Shown here: positions 26,012 to 36,901 of the stretch, piece after piece | Position numbering within the stretch: the first letter of the stretch is position 1 | How the letters are laid out: each line of letters starts with the position of its first letter | Source of the DNA: a virus | Strand: one strand, 5' to 3' | Length of the DNA: 47,800 nucleotides | Virus genome (UHGV): UHGV-0066790 | The notes under the pieces: generated by a model | Told to the model about the DNA's origin: nothing | Seen by the model: the letters and a program-made list of their open reading frames with translations, nothing else | Database searches by the model: none | Program-made: the position numbers and the translations under genes

Positions 26012-27025
26012 CTAGGCTCCAGTCATTTGCGCAAAGGCAAAGGGCATGAGCACGATACCGCCGTAGGTGGTGCCGACGAACTTCTGACGGAAGCTGGACA
26101 GGTCGGGCACGACGCGTCCAGCACGCATCTTTTCTCCGAAGGCCAGCGTGCCGGATCGCTGCCCGTTCACTTCGGGGGCGATGAGGAACATGGTTTCCCC
26201 GGCGGTCATGCTGTGCAGCTCGGGGACGGTCACGATGTCAATGCGGGTGAAGTACCGCTTCAACATATCCAGCACGGACACGTTGAAATCGGTAGCCGCG
26301 CCGAGGCGAACGGCCAGTTCGGGGGAGAGGCAGAGCTTGAGGGGCGTGTCTTTGTCAATAAGGCCGCTGGACTGCTCGGAAAGCTGTGCGAACAGGGCGA
26401 GGACGTCGTTGTAGATTTGCACCGTGGTCTTGTCGGCCCATTTCGTGGAGCCGCCCGTGCCCGTGGCCCCTGCGGTGATCGCAGCAGGGAGGTTCGGATC
26501 GTTGAGGATGCCGTAGATTTCCTTCCCGGCGACGCCGAGCAGGTAGAAACGGTTCTGGTCGATGTCGATGACGTTGGCGGCCGCACGCTGCTTGGAGGCA
26601 GCGAGGTTGACTTTCGCCGTGCTCGACATGTCCACTTCAAAGTCTCCGTAGGTGATGGACGTCTGGAAGACGTACTGCACGCGGGTTTGCCATTCGGAGT
26701 TCACGCCCGAAGTCGTGCCGTTGGCATAGTCGGAATACGGCTCGGTCTTTCCGGTCATTTCGTCCACGCGCCACTTCATGTACGGGGTCGTCCAATCGCC
26801 CTTCTTCTCTTCACCGAAGATTTCACGGGCGCGCCGGGGCGCGGTCAGGATTTCGATGACCATCGGGTCGATATACGCCAGAAGCTCGGCGGGGACGGTC
26901 GTGTTCGGAGTAGTGATGAGCGCGGCGTCCTGCGCAATGCGGGCGCGGTTCTCCGGAGTTGCCCACATGCGGGCGCCCGGGAAGATAAAGCCGTAGCGCT
27001 TGGCCTGTTCAAAAGTCGGATTCAT
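26012..27025 (-). CDS. Major capsid protein
   Basis: 337 aa, last gene of the portal-scaffold-capsid operon. Confidence 0.65.
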   Translation of the reverse strand: MNPTFEQAKRYGFIFPGARMWATPENRARIAQDAALITTPNTTVPAELLAYIDPMVIEILTAPRRAREIFGEEKKGDWTTPYMKWRVDEMTGKTEPYSDYANGTTSGVNSEWQTRVQYVFQTSITYGDFEVDMSSTAKVNLAASKQRAAANVIDIDQNRFYLLGVAGKEIYGILNDPNLPAAITAGATGTGGSTKWADKTTVQIYNDVLALFAQLSEQSSGLIDKDTPLKLCLSPELAVRLGAATDFNVSVLDMLKRYFTRIDIVTVPELHSMTAGETMFLIAPEVNGQRSGTLAFGEKMRAGRVVPDLSSFRQKFVGTTYGGIVLMPFAFAQMTGA

Positions 27026-27035
27026 GTAGTACCTC

Positions 27036-27674
27036 CTACGCTCCGGCGGCGGCTGCGCCGAGGTTGGTGCGGGCCTGTTCCGCAGTGGTTGCGCCAGTTC
27101 CGCCGTTGGCCACGCCGAGCGCTCCGGTGGCGTTGCTGAAATCTTTCTGCATCAGGTTCGAGGTGTCGCCGCCGGATCCCGACGCTGCGGCCTGTCCCCA
27201 ATTGCTGATGATGATCGGTTCCCCGATTTCGCCGGGCGTCTTGACGACCCACCCCGTATCGAGGTGCGTGGCGTCGGGGGTCCCGGTGCTGATTGAACCG
27301 TCAGCGGTGGAGGCAAGGACAGCCTGCCCCACCGTGGCCTTGGTCGTGGAAACGGCCCAATAGTCGCCCTTTACGGCCACGGTGAGGTTCGAGCCTGCCG
27401 GGACGGTCAAAGTGCCGTCAGAAAGCAGTTCGTAGTTCACGTAGTTGATGACGCGCTCCACGAAGCCGAGCACGGCTGTGGCGGTGCCAGCAACGTTGGT
27501 GGCCTGCGTGTTGTCGATCACGCCGGAATCCACGACGGGGAAGACGAAGCGCCCCACAGGGAGGGCCACCGCCGCCAGAGGGTTGAGCGGGGTGTAGATG
27601 CTCTGGTCGGGCGTCGCTTTATCGCCAGCAACGCCGGGAGCGACGGAGAGATTGACTTGGGACTGCAAAGGCAT
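27036..27674 (-). CDS. Head decoration/fiber-like protein
   Basis: RBS AGGAGGCACACC then ATG (MPLQSQV...). C-terminal fiber-collar-like motif ANGGTGATTAEQARTNLG. Confidence 0.45.
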   Translation of the reverse strand: MPLQSQVNLSVAPGVAGDKATPDQSIYTPLNPLAAVALPVGRFVFPVVDSGVIDNTQATNVAGTATAVLGFVERVINYVNYELLSDGTLTVPAGSNLTVAVKGDYWAVSTTKATVGQAVLASTADGSISTGTPDATHLDTGWVVKTPGEIGEPIIISNWGQAAASGSGGDTSNLMQKDFSNATGALGVANGGTGATTAEQARTNLGAAAAGA

Positions 27675-27684
27675 GGTGTGCCTC

Positions 27685-29400
<1,716 letters not shown>

Positions 29401-30183
29401 CTAGTCTCCAAATTCAGGAATAACGGCCCGGTACGTGCATTGGCACCCCGGAAGCTCACCGCAAAGCACTTTGCGCTTCACGTCAGAGTCGTAAAGACCT
29501 TCCGTGATGACGAACTTTTTCCCATTCATGAGCTGGTGGGTATGGCGGCTCGTTTTCTTTCCCGGCACATGTACCCAGATGCCTTCGGTGATGCCGAGTT
29601 CCTTGTCCTGCACCCGCTTAAGGGCCTCGGTCGCCTTATTGGACTGGTCGCGGGCAATGAATTCTGCCCGGCGCCGGGTGATCTCGTACCGCTTGTGCAG
29701 TTCGTCGGCGAGGAACTCCACGTCCCGGCCCATGCTGGCGGAACGCTGTACTAGCCCCGTTACTTCCGTGAAATAGTGCTGCGGAATGGATTTGATGAGA
29801 TTGACATTTTCCTCGAAGAGGGCCCGCGCCACGTCGCTCATGGCCCTGCTTCCCTCCATCCTCACCGTGAAGCCCGCATCTTTGAGGGCCTGCCTCATGC
29901 TGGCTTCCGTGCGCCGCCTCGTACTGCCCACGAACTCCCGTGCAAAACTCTCCGCGCTTTCCCTCCACCGCTTCGTCCAGTACCGGAACAGGCTCTTGAG
30001 GCGGTCTTGTAGGTCACTCGCCGGGGACGCATCCTGTGCTATGCGGGTTTCCTGCTTCCTGTACTCGGCGCGCAGCCACCACACGACGGAACGCTGCATC
30101 TCGTCGAGAAGCGACACCAGCCGCTTCCGGTATTTCGCCCGGATGCCCGCGTTGGGCTTGATGGCGCGGATGACCTTAGCCAT
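29401..30183 (-). CDS. Head morphogenesis protein (Mu gpF / SPP1 gp7 family)
   Basis: RRAEFIARDQSNKATEALKRVQDKELGITEGIWVHVPGKKTSRHTHQLMNGKKF matches the Phage_Mu_F pattern. Confidence 0.7.
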   Translation of the reverse strand: MAKVIRAIKPNAGIRAKYRKRLVSLLDEMQRSVVWWLRAEYRKQETRIAQDASPASDLQDRLKSLFRYWTKRWRESAESFAREFVGSTRRRTEASMRQALKDAGFTVRMEGSRAMSDVARALFEENVNLIKSIPQHYFTEVTGLVQRSASMGRDVEFLADELHKRYEITRRRAEFIARDQSNKATEALKRVQDKELGITEGIWVHVPGKKTSRHTHQLMNGKKFVITEGLYDSDVKRKVLCGELPGCQCTYRAVIPEFGD

Positions 30184-31720
30184 AGACGGCCCCTGCCTTG
30201 TCCACGTCGTCGATGTCGGGCATCAAGCCCCCTTCCCCGGCTTCCGGCAGGGCGTCGGGCATTCCGTTGCCCTGCGGCACTTCCGCCGGGTCTATGTCGG
30301 AGAAGCCGCTGTCCGGGTCACTGGCAAGGGACTGCCGGGCCTCTTCCTGAGAGATGATGTCCCGATCCATGTAGACGGCGATGGTGTCGGCCTTGGTCTT
30401 CTGGAGCGTCGCAAGGGCTGCCCTGTCCTCTTCGCCGAGGGGCGCGAAGTCGAAAGTCACGGAAGGGTCGATGGTTCCGCGCAGGTAGAGCTGAATACAG
30501 TCGAGCGCCTTCTTGATGCCGTCGCGCAGGACTTTCTCCTGCTGGCTCCTGACATGGTCGTAGTAGTTGCGGATGTCCGATTCGCCCGTGGCATTGAACC
30601 CTGACGGGCTGATGCCAAGCAGCTTGACCGCCGGAGTGCGGTTCAGGGCTGCGAGAATTTCAAGGGACTGGCGCACGATGTCGGTCACGCCGGAAAGCGG
30701 GGTTTCCAGCTTGACCACGTCTTCTGATTCTTTGTCGACGGCAAGCACGCCGTCATTGGTCATGGACTGGATCATGTACCGGATGCGTGCATCGATCTGT
30801 GCCGTGCCCCCCGACGCGTACAGGATGTCTTCCATCTTCGTCTTGAAGACGGTCAGCGAAAACTTGGTCAGCAGCCGGGCTTCGGCGGCGCGGCATTCCT
30901 GAAAATGCAGGACGTAATCCCAGAGGATCTGAGCTTGTGGGATGCCCAAAAAATTGTAGGCTGGACGGAGCAGCACCGGGCATTCGTTCGCAACCAATCG
31001 GATGAGGCGCGAGGCGTGCACCCGCTGCCCGAGCACCCACCACCAGCGCGGGCGGAAGTAGTCCGGCTCAAGCGGCGAAAGGCTGTTGTAGTCTCCGGGG
31101 AAGACGTTCACGGGGTCGATGACGACGAAGCGCAGCACGCCGCCGGGCCTGAGTTCGGCGGAATACGGGCTGACGTTCAGCGGGCGTTCCAGCTCTTCCC
31201 CGACTGCTCCGGTGTCGATGAAAAGGAAGGCCCCGCCCTCGTACCCCACAAGCTCGGTCGCCTCATGGAAAAGGCGTTGCAGTGCGAACCTCTTGCACGC
31301 CTGCGCAAGGTCGGTGAGCAATGACTCGTCGCCGCCCTCCCCTTCGCGCTTGAACTCAATCCATGCTCGGGTCATGTCGTCGGATACCGTCTCGACGCAG
31401 GCACGGATCAATCCATTCTGGGCAAGGTTCTGGAGGACGCCGTAGCCCATGAATTGCGGCGCAATCCCGACCCCAAGCTCAAGCGAGTGCTGGAGCAGGG
31501 AATAGACGCCGGAATCCGCAAGCCGCGCATCCATCGCAAGCTGCACCTCTTCGGGCGCGCCGAGCGTCTTCGCAGGACCGTACAACCGGCTGATGTCGTC
31601 GGGCGTAGGTGGCAAAGACTGAGCAAGGCCGCCGCGCACGTCCGGGGAGAGATTCAGACGGCGCGACGGTTGCACTTGAGGTATGGAGGTGGCGTGTCGA
31701 TAAGTGCGCTTCTTGCTCAT
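30176..31720 (-). CDS. Portal protein
   Basis: 514 aa, directly upstream of the Mu-F-like gene. Confidence 0.6.
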   Translation of the reverse strand: MSKKRTYRHATSIPQVQPSRRLNLSPDVRGGLAQSLPPTPDDISRLYGPAKTLGAPEEVQLAMDARLADSGVYSLLQHSLELGVGIAPQFMGYGVLQNLAQNGLIRACVETVSDDMTRAWIEFKREGEGGDESLLTDLAQACKRFALQRLFHEATELVGYEGGAFLFIDTGAVGEELERPLNVSPYSAELRPGGVLRFVVIDPVNVFPGDYNSLSPLEPDYFRPRWWWVLGQRVHASRLIRLVANECPVLLRPAYNFLGIPQAQILWDYVLHFQECRAAEARLLTKFSLTVFKTKMEDILYASGGTAQIDARIRYMIQSMTNDGVLAVDKESEDVVKLETPLSGVTDIVRQSLEILAALNRTPAVKLLGISPSGFNATGESDIRNYYDHVRSQQEKVLRDGIKKALDCIQLYLRGTIDPSVTFDFAPLGEEDRAALATLQKTKADTIAVYMDRDIISQEEARQSLASDPDSGFSDIDPAEVPQGNGMPDALPEAGEGGLMPDIDDVDKAGAVYG

Positions 31721-31753
31721 GTGCCCATAATGCTACGAGCCAAAAAGAAAACA

Positions 31754-31770
31754 CACCGTGAACAAGGTTC
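31754..31770 (-). promoter_or_regulatory. 17-bp late-operator motif, copy A (CACCGTGAACAAGGTTC)
   Basis: About 34 nt upstream of the portal start codon. Confidence 0.5.
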
Positions 31771-31856
31771 GGGGGGCTTGGCTGTGGGACACCTTTCATA
31801 TTGTATCAATATAGATTAATCTATATATACATGGATACCTTTAGGGAGGTATCCGC

Positions 31857-32603
31857 ATGTACAAAAGCATCATGGTGTTTCTGCTGGCCGCGCTGGTTAT
31901 GACGTCCGAGGCGCAGGCCGCGGGCAACGAATGGAACGATTCGTTCAGCAAGGCCAAGAAGACGCTGGAACGGCAGGTCTATTATGACCATCGGATCACG
32001 CTCTACTGCGGGGCGGCGTTCGACGAGAAGAAGAACGTCACCCTGCCGGAGGGTTTTACTGCCGCGAAGCACGAGAAGCGGGCCGGGAAGGTGGAATGGG
32101 AACACGTGGTCCCCGCCGAGAACTTCGGGCAGGCTTTTCCGGAGTGGCGCGAGGGGGACGCACAGTGCGTGGACGCGAAGGGGAAGGCATTCAAGGGCCG
32201 CAAGTGCGCGGAAAAGGTGAACCGGGAATACCGCCTCATGCAAAGCGACATGTACAACCTCTATCCGGCCATCGGTGCGGTCAACGCCCTGCGCCAGAAT
32301 TACAACTTCCAGATGCTGCCCGGCGAGGAGCCGGATTTCGGAAGCTGCGGGATGAAGATCGCCGACCGCAGGGCCGAGCCGCCCGTCCGGGCGCGGGGAC
32401 AAATTGCCCGGACCTACAAGTATATGGCCGACGCCTACGCCCCGCGCTACCGCATGAGCCGCCAGCAGACGCAGCTCATGGACGCATGGGACAAGATGTA
32501 TCCGGTTGATGCGTGGGAATGCACGCGGGCCAGACGTATTGAAAGACTACAAGGTAACGAGAACCCTTTTGTGAAGGAAAGATGTCAAGAAGCAGAACTC
32601 TAA
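31857..32603 (+). CDS. endA: Secreted endonuclease I (EndA family)
   Basis: Signal peptide MYKSIMVFLLAALVMTSEAQA. Blocks VEWEHVVPA, SDMYNLYPA, EPPVRARGQIARTYKYM and SRQQTQLMDAWDKMYPVDAWECTRARRIERLQGNENPFVKERCQ closely match E. coli EndA. RBS AGGGAGGT. Confidence 0.85.
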   Translation: MYKSIMVFLLAALVMTSEAQAAGNEWNDSFSKAKKTLERQVYYDHRITLYCGAAFDEKKNVTLPEGFTAAKHEKRAGKVEWEHVVPAENFGQAFPEWREGDAQCVDAKGKAFKGRKCAEKVNREYRLMQSDMYNLYPAIGAVNALRQNYNFQMLPGEEPDFGSCGMKIADRRAEPPVRARGQIARTYKYMADAYAPRYRMSRQQTQLMDAWDKMYPVDAWECTRARRIERLQGNENPFVKERCQEAEL

Positions 32604-32617
32604 CTCTTTACATTCAT

Positions 32618-35600
32618 TTATATTCTCCTTCCCATACGTGGCTGATTGAGGATGGCGGGGTTGATGCACATGGGCCGCTTGGTATCGAAATCACGCAGCG
32701 CCTGTGTTGTGGCGTCCACTTGGTCGTCGTGGGGCGCACCGGGGAACTGTGTCAGTTCCGCGACGTACTCCCGCGCCCACGGGCAATGCTCAGGGTGCGG
32801 GAGCAGGACGTTCCCGGCCTCGAAGAACGTGGTCACGGCATGGGCCCGGGCCGTCTTGCTGCCGTCCGGCTCCACGGGGATGATACCGGGCACAGCATGT
32901 TTCAGCGCGTCGATAACCGCCGGGCCGTTGGCCTTATCCTCCACCAGCTTACGGGCTGCGCCGGGCCATTTAGCGGCGAGCGCCCGGAACGCGGCGACCG
33001 TATCCGTAAATCCCATGCGCCGCCGGACCTGATCGAGGAGGTAGCGGTCGGCCCCCTTGCGGCCCCACACCTGCCCCACAACAAAGTCGGTATCGTCGCC
33101 GTCTTTGAACGTCATATCCCACGAGATAAGGAGCTGGTCGAACTGCTCCGGAAGGTCTTTGGGGAGCCAGAACCGCAGCCACTCGGATTTGAATATGGCG
33201 CCGCCGTCTGGCGTAGGCCGCTGCTGGTACAGGGCTTCCCAGTCGCGTGTGCCGAGGGCTTTCTTAATGGCAAGAAGCTGCTCCAACGGGTAGCGTTCAG
33301 GGTGTAAGGCTTCACCTGCCCTACGGTGCAGCTCGTCTTCCGTTGCGATGGCGGGGAAGTTCACTACGCGCCAGTGGTCGCCCTCCCCCCGTGCGGCGGC
33401 CTCAAGCAGCCGCCCTGAGAGGTCAGCCATGTGCCAGCGAGTGTTGATGATGAGCACCCCTCCACCGGGCGCGAGGCGCGTGTACAGCGTGGACGTGTAC
33501 CAGTCCCAGACGTTCTGGCGGATGGTCGGGGAATCGGCGGACGCCCGGTCCTTGAACGGGTCGTCGATGATAGCGCAGTTGTGGACAAGGACACCGCCGG
33601 CAAAGAAGTTCTGATTACGTGCTACTTGGATATCAACAAAACGGCGTGCTGTTCCGTATATTCGCGCAATGTTGGCAATATGTCCCGCTTGTACTGTTCT
33701 TCTTTCATGCCGTGCAAGATCCTGTGGCACTTGCTGCACAGCGTAATCAAGTTTGTCGCAACATTGTTGATCGGAATAAGATCCATGTGATGAACCTCCA
33801 ACCGTGTTTCCTCCTTGCCACATAGAACACAACGATGCTGATCCCTGTCTAAAATCAAAGGCCGAAACTGTCGGAATGCCCGCGCAGAGTGCACCTGTTC
33901 CCGCAAGGGAGTCATGCCGTGACGGTATCGGGGATTCCCCTTGCCAGACATCAGAATAGAGTGTGCAATTTCGCTGCACCGCTTGCTGCAATACTTGGCA
34001 AAAATACCGCGTCCCCTGTGGGCAGACATAAAGAGCTTGTTGCAGATAGGGCAAATTTTTTCTCTGGGCTGATGCTCGACAGGGACCTGGCTCGGCTTCT
34101 TGAATTTTGCGGCACATTCCGGGCAGGTCTTTGCCCCTTTGGTTCTCCCTGTGTGTTTGATGATCCGTCCACAACCGGGGCACGTCTTGCTGTTCTTGAC
34201 TGCATGATGGGCACAAGAATGTTCCTTGCAGCAGTAGAAATCTTTCATCCCCTTCCTGATATTTTTGGCCACCACATAAGCCGGCCTCACAAACTCCAGG
34301 CCACACCAGGCACAAGATAGGATCACCCGTGGCAATTGATGATGCAGGGGTATATTCCCCCCGTGAAAAGATCGGATGGTTTCCTGTAACTTCAAGAACT
34401 CTGCCAAGGGCATCGCGTAATCGGTAGCTTTCTTCTGCATATCGATCCTTTACCGCTATCACTATATCAGTTTCAATTTCCCCCGTTTGATGATTGTATG
34501 ATAGCACGTTATCCCCGACTTGTAGGGTCTCGATAGCGCGATCTCCGTCAGGAGTCGCAATTTGTGTTCCAATGACAACGCATTCCGCACCCATGCCCGT
34601 GATGCCGCCGCCCACGCCAGCGGAACGGTAGCAGCCAGCGTGCCCCACCACCTCGAATATGTCCGAATTGCGGAGGTAGGAGCCGTTCCCGACTGTGCGG
34701 ATGTTCTTGCCGTACAGCGCCGTGCCGGGAAAAAGTTCCCGATATTCCGGGCTGTCGATGACGCGCTGCACGTCGCGGTTCATGCGCGAGGACAGGTCGG
34801 CGGCGTAGCTTGTGGAGATAATGGAGAGATCGGGGTAACGGCCCAAGGCGTAGGCCGGGAAACGGCGGGAGGCCAGCTCGCTATTGTGGGTTATCGTAAG
34901 GTGTTTGCCAACTAAATATAAGCCATCTGGACTATCCACCTGAATACAATTCCCCATTTTAGGCGACTCTAGCGCTCGTACACATTTGATGGATACGCGC
35001 CGACGCAGAGAAGAAAACGTTTTATTAACTTTTTTCCGTTCAAGTCTGCACGGGACAACTACACCGGAAAAGAAAAATGACACCACATAAACCTGTGACT
35101 TATTTTTAATCGTTCTTTCCCGATTATCTAGTGCTGGGATATTTGTATGCGCTACAAACCCGCATAGCATGGCCAATTCTTCTACATCATGCGCTAACAG
35201 CTCATTGGATGTTGTAAAACGATATCTGTTTGTCTTTCTATCAAAATGACCATCCGTATCAATAAGTCCAGCAAGCAAGTCAAGCCTGTTTTCTAGGCTA
35301 TCATGCTTGTACTCATTAGGAATATGTTTATTTTTTAGCAGATCAGCATCTTTTAGAGCCTGCGAAAATATATTTCTTCTATTTTTCACGCCGCTGGCAA
35401 ATGAAAAAGTTTCAACTCCAGTATCTCTATGCACCCATGTTCCAGTTATTGGCACACCTAGTCGTTCAAACTCCATTTTGACGACACAAGCGTCATCAGG
35501 AGCCATGTTTATTCTGGGCGCGATTGACGTTCCATCACCTAACCACACGCCCAAAACGTATGGCGGGATAACGTGTTCTACGGCAGGCCATTGGGGAGCA

Positions 35601-36151
35601 TCAGCTGTGTCCACCTGATACAAATACCTGTGCCCTCTGGTGTCTGGGATACCGCTATCCAGCTTCCTAAGCGCCTTAGTTTTTTTGCTTGGCTCCACAA
35701 AGTATCGTGTCTCAACTGTTCTATATCCGGGTTTAGTCCTGTCATACACCCGCCACTCATGATCAAGGTGCACATCTATTATGTCGCCATTGGTAAAAAC
35801 AACAGAATGAGTGGCAAAATTTTTCTCGCCCACAGCAACAACCCTCACAGGTTTGCCACTTGGGTGAAATACATAATCACCAACCTTAAGCGCACCATGA
35901 GTTTTCCACCCATCAACCGTCAAAACAGGAGTATCATCAGCGCACAGTTTCCCATGTCGCGGCGGCATGGTCAGCATGAGGCGCGGGGAACGTCCGGCCA
36001 CGACATCGGCAAGGAAGGCGTCCAGCTCGGAACAGATTTCCTCATGCACCCATCCCATCTTGTAGCCGGGCATGGTGTAGCGCACGAAGGCCGCGAGGCA
36101 ACTCCGGGCCAGCGCCTTCCTGATGTCGGCAAGGATGGATGGGCTACTCAT
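32618..36151 (-). CDS. terL: Terminase large subunit interrupted by two inteins
   Basis: Exteins: residues 1-69 (…MPPRHGKL, P-loop), 424-523 (…GHAGCYRSAGVGGGITGMGAE), 859-1177 (CAIIDDP... nuclease domain with HDDQVDATTQAL). Confidence 0.8.
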   Translation of the reverse strand: MSSPSILADIRKALARSCLAAFVRYTMPGYKMGWVHEEICSELDAFLADVVAGRSPRLMLTMPPRHGKLCADDTPVLTVDGWKTHGALKVGDYVFHPSGKPVRVVAVGEKNFATHSVVFTNGDIIDVHLDHEWRVYDRTKPGYRTVETRYFVEPSKKTKALRKLDSGIPDTRGHRYLYQVDTADAPQWPAVEHVIPPYVLGVWLGDGTSIAPRINMAPDDACVVKMEFERLGVPITGTWVHRDTGVETFSFASGVKNRRNIFSQALKDADLLKNKHIPNEYKHDSLENRLDLLAGLIDTDGHFDRKTNRYRFTTSNELLAHDVEELAMLCGFVAHTNIPALDNRERTIKNKSQVYVVSFFFSGVVVPCRLERKKVNKTFSSLRRRVSIKCVRALESPKMGNCIQVDSPDGLYLVGKHLTITHNSELASRRFPAYALGRYPDLSIISTSYAADLSSRMNRDVQRVIDSPEYRELFPGTALYGKNIRTVGNGSYLRNSDIFEVVGHAGCYRSAGVGGGITGMGAECVVIGTQIATPDGDRAIETLQVGDNVLSYNHQTGEIETDIVIAVKDRYAEESYRLRDALGRVLEVTGNHPIFSRGEYTPASSIATGDPILCLVWPGVCEAGLCGGQKYQEGDERFLLLQGTFLCPSCSQEQQDVPRLWTDHQTHRENQRGKDLPGMCRKIQEAEPGPCRASAQRKNLPYLQQALYVCPQGTRYFCQVLQQAVQRNCTLYSDVWQGESPIPSRHDSLAGTGALCAGIPTVSAFDFRQGSASLCSMWQGGNTVGGSSHGSYSDQQCCDKLDYAVQQVPQDLARHERRTVQAGHIANIARIYGTARRFVDIQVARNQNFFAGGVLVHNCAIIDDPFKDRASADSPTIRQNVWDWYTSTLYTRLAPGGGVLIINTRWHMADLSGRLLEAAARGEGDHWRVVNFPAIATEDELHRRAGEALHPERYPLEQLLAIKKALGTRDWEALYQQRPTPDGGAIFKSEWLRFWLPKDLPEQFDQLLISWDMTFKDGDDTDFVVGQVWGRKGADRYLLDQVRRRMGFTDTVAAFRALAAKWPGAARKLVEDKANGPAVIDALKHAVPGIIPVEPDGSKTARAHAVTTFFEAGNVLLPHPEHCPWAREYVAELTQFPGAPHDDQVDATTQALRDFDTKRPMCINPAILNQPRMGRRI
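33578..34582 (-). mobile_element. Intein 2 (Hint domain) in the terL Walker B site
   Basis: Begins CVVIGTQIATPDG, block B TGNHPIF, ends FVDIQVARNQNFFAGGVLVHN before Cys. The central region in the terL frame is low-complexity. Confidence 0.6.
33622..34440 (-). CDS. HNH endonuclease with Zn-ribbon repeats, encoded in a different frame inside intein 2
   Basis: Multiple CxxC pairs. C-terminal HNH motif CVLCGKEETRLEVHHMDLIPINNVATNLITLCSKCHRILHG. Frame is +1 relative to terL. Confidence 0.65.
   Translation of the reverse strand: MQKKATDYAMPLAEFLKLQETIRSFHGGNIPLHHQLPRVILSCAWCGLEFVRPAYVVAKNIRKGMKDFYCCKEHSCAHHAVKNSKTCPGCGRIIKHTGRTKGAKTCPECAAKFKKPSQVPVEHQPREKICPICNKLFMSAHRGRGIFAKYCSKRCSEIAHSILMSGKGNPRYRHGMTPLREQVHSARAFRQFRPLILDRDQHRCVLCGKEETRLEVHHMDLIPINNVATNLITLCSKCHRILHGMKEEQYKRDILPTLREYTEQHAVLLISK
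34883..35944 (-). mobile_element. Intein 1 (Hint + double LAGLIDADG homing endonuclease) in the terL Walker A site
   Basis: Begins CADDTPVLTVDGW, contains LGVWLGDGTS and LLAGLIDTDGHF, ends ...VGKHLTITHN before Ser. Confidence 0.7.
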
Positions 36152-36680
36152 GATCCGGCGTTTTGAAGGCTTCCTTCGTCAGGCGAAGCAGCTCGTCCGG
36201 GGAGAGGCGTGAGAGATCCACCGGACGCTGAGAGAGGGAACCGTCGGATGAAGTGTGATCCAAGGCGGTTTTGTCCACGATGCCCCACGCCTTGCGCTCT
36301 CCCTCCTGCCGGATCTTAATCGTCTCGGCGGTAATCTTGGCGAGCTTGGCCTTGTCGAAGCTGCCTTCGGACAACGCCTCATCCATAATGGCCTGATGCC
36401 GATCCCACTCCCGCTGATGGCGGGTGATGACGGCGGCCTTGGCTTCGGCGGCGCGGTCCAAGGCTTCGGCCTTTTTTTGAGGGTTGCAGCCTGCAACCAC
36501 GCCCGCAACCTTGGCCTCTGCCATGCGGTTCACGGTGCCGGAAATATCCTGCACCCAGCCTTCGGCCCGGATGCGCTTTTGGATGGCCGTCCGGCTCACA
36601 CCGTACCGCTTGGACAGATCGGACTGGCTCGCCCCCACTTCGTATTCGGCCCGGATGGATTCCCAATCAAATCGTGCCAT
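36144..36680 (-). CDS. terS: Terminase small subunit
   Basis: N-terminal HTH SQSDLSKRYGVSRTAIQKRIRAEGW. Overlaps the terL start by 8 nt. Confidence 0.6.
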   Translation of the reverse strand: MARFDWESIRAEYEVGASQSDLSKRYGVSRTAIQKRIRAEGWVQDISGTVNRMAEAKVAGVVAGCNPQKKAEALDRAAEAKAAVITRHQREWDRHQAIMDEALSEGSFDKAKLAKITAETIKIRQEGERKAWGIVDKTALDHTSSDGSLSQRPVDLSRLSPDELLRLTKEAFKTPDHE

Positions 36681-36901
36681 ACACTACACCCAATACAGGC
36701 ACCCCGAAAAGAAACTCACCTTTCGCCATGAAATATCAGCCCTGCCATGCTCTACCGAGAGTCTTCCCCGCTAAGGGCGGCCCGCTACTCTCGCCTAGAC
36801 GCGGACCTCTTCAAAAGAAAGGCGGCTGTTTATCCGTTACTCCCGGATGGTCCGGGACGATCGGCGGCCGGGGTGAAATGCCGCCATGACGATTGTGCAA
36901 A

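Noticed and set aside
25994-27139. 381-aa + strand ORF
   Set aside because: Antisense to the major capsid gene. Gly/Arg-rich low-complexity translation typical of high-GC antisense frames.
29786-30604. 272-aa + strand ORF
   Set aside because: Antisense to the Mu-F-like gene and the portal gene.
32618-36151. 1177-aa ORF as a single giant protein or polyprotein
   Set aside because: Sequence features show a terL with two self-splicing inteins. The central part of intein 2 in this frame is an out-of-frame read-through of an HNH gene.
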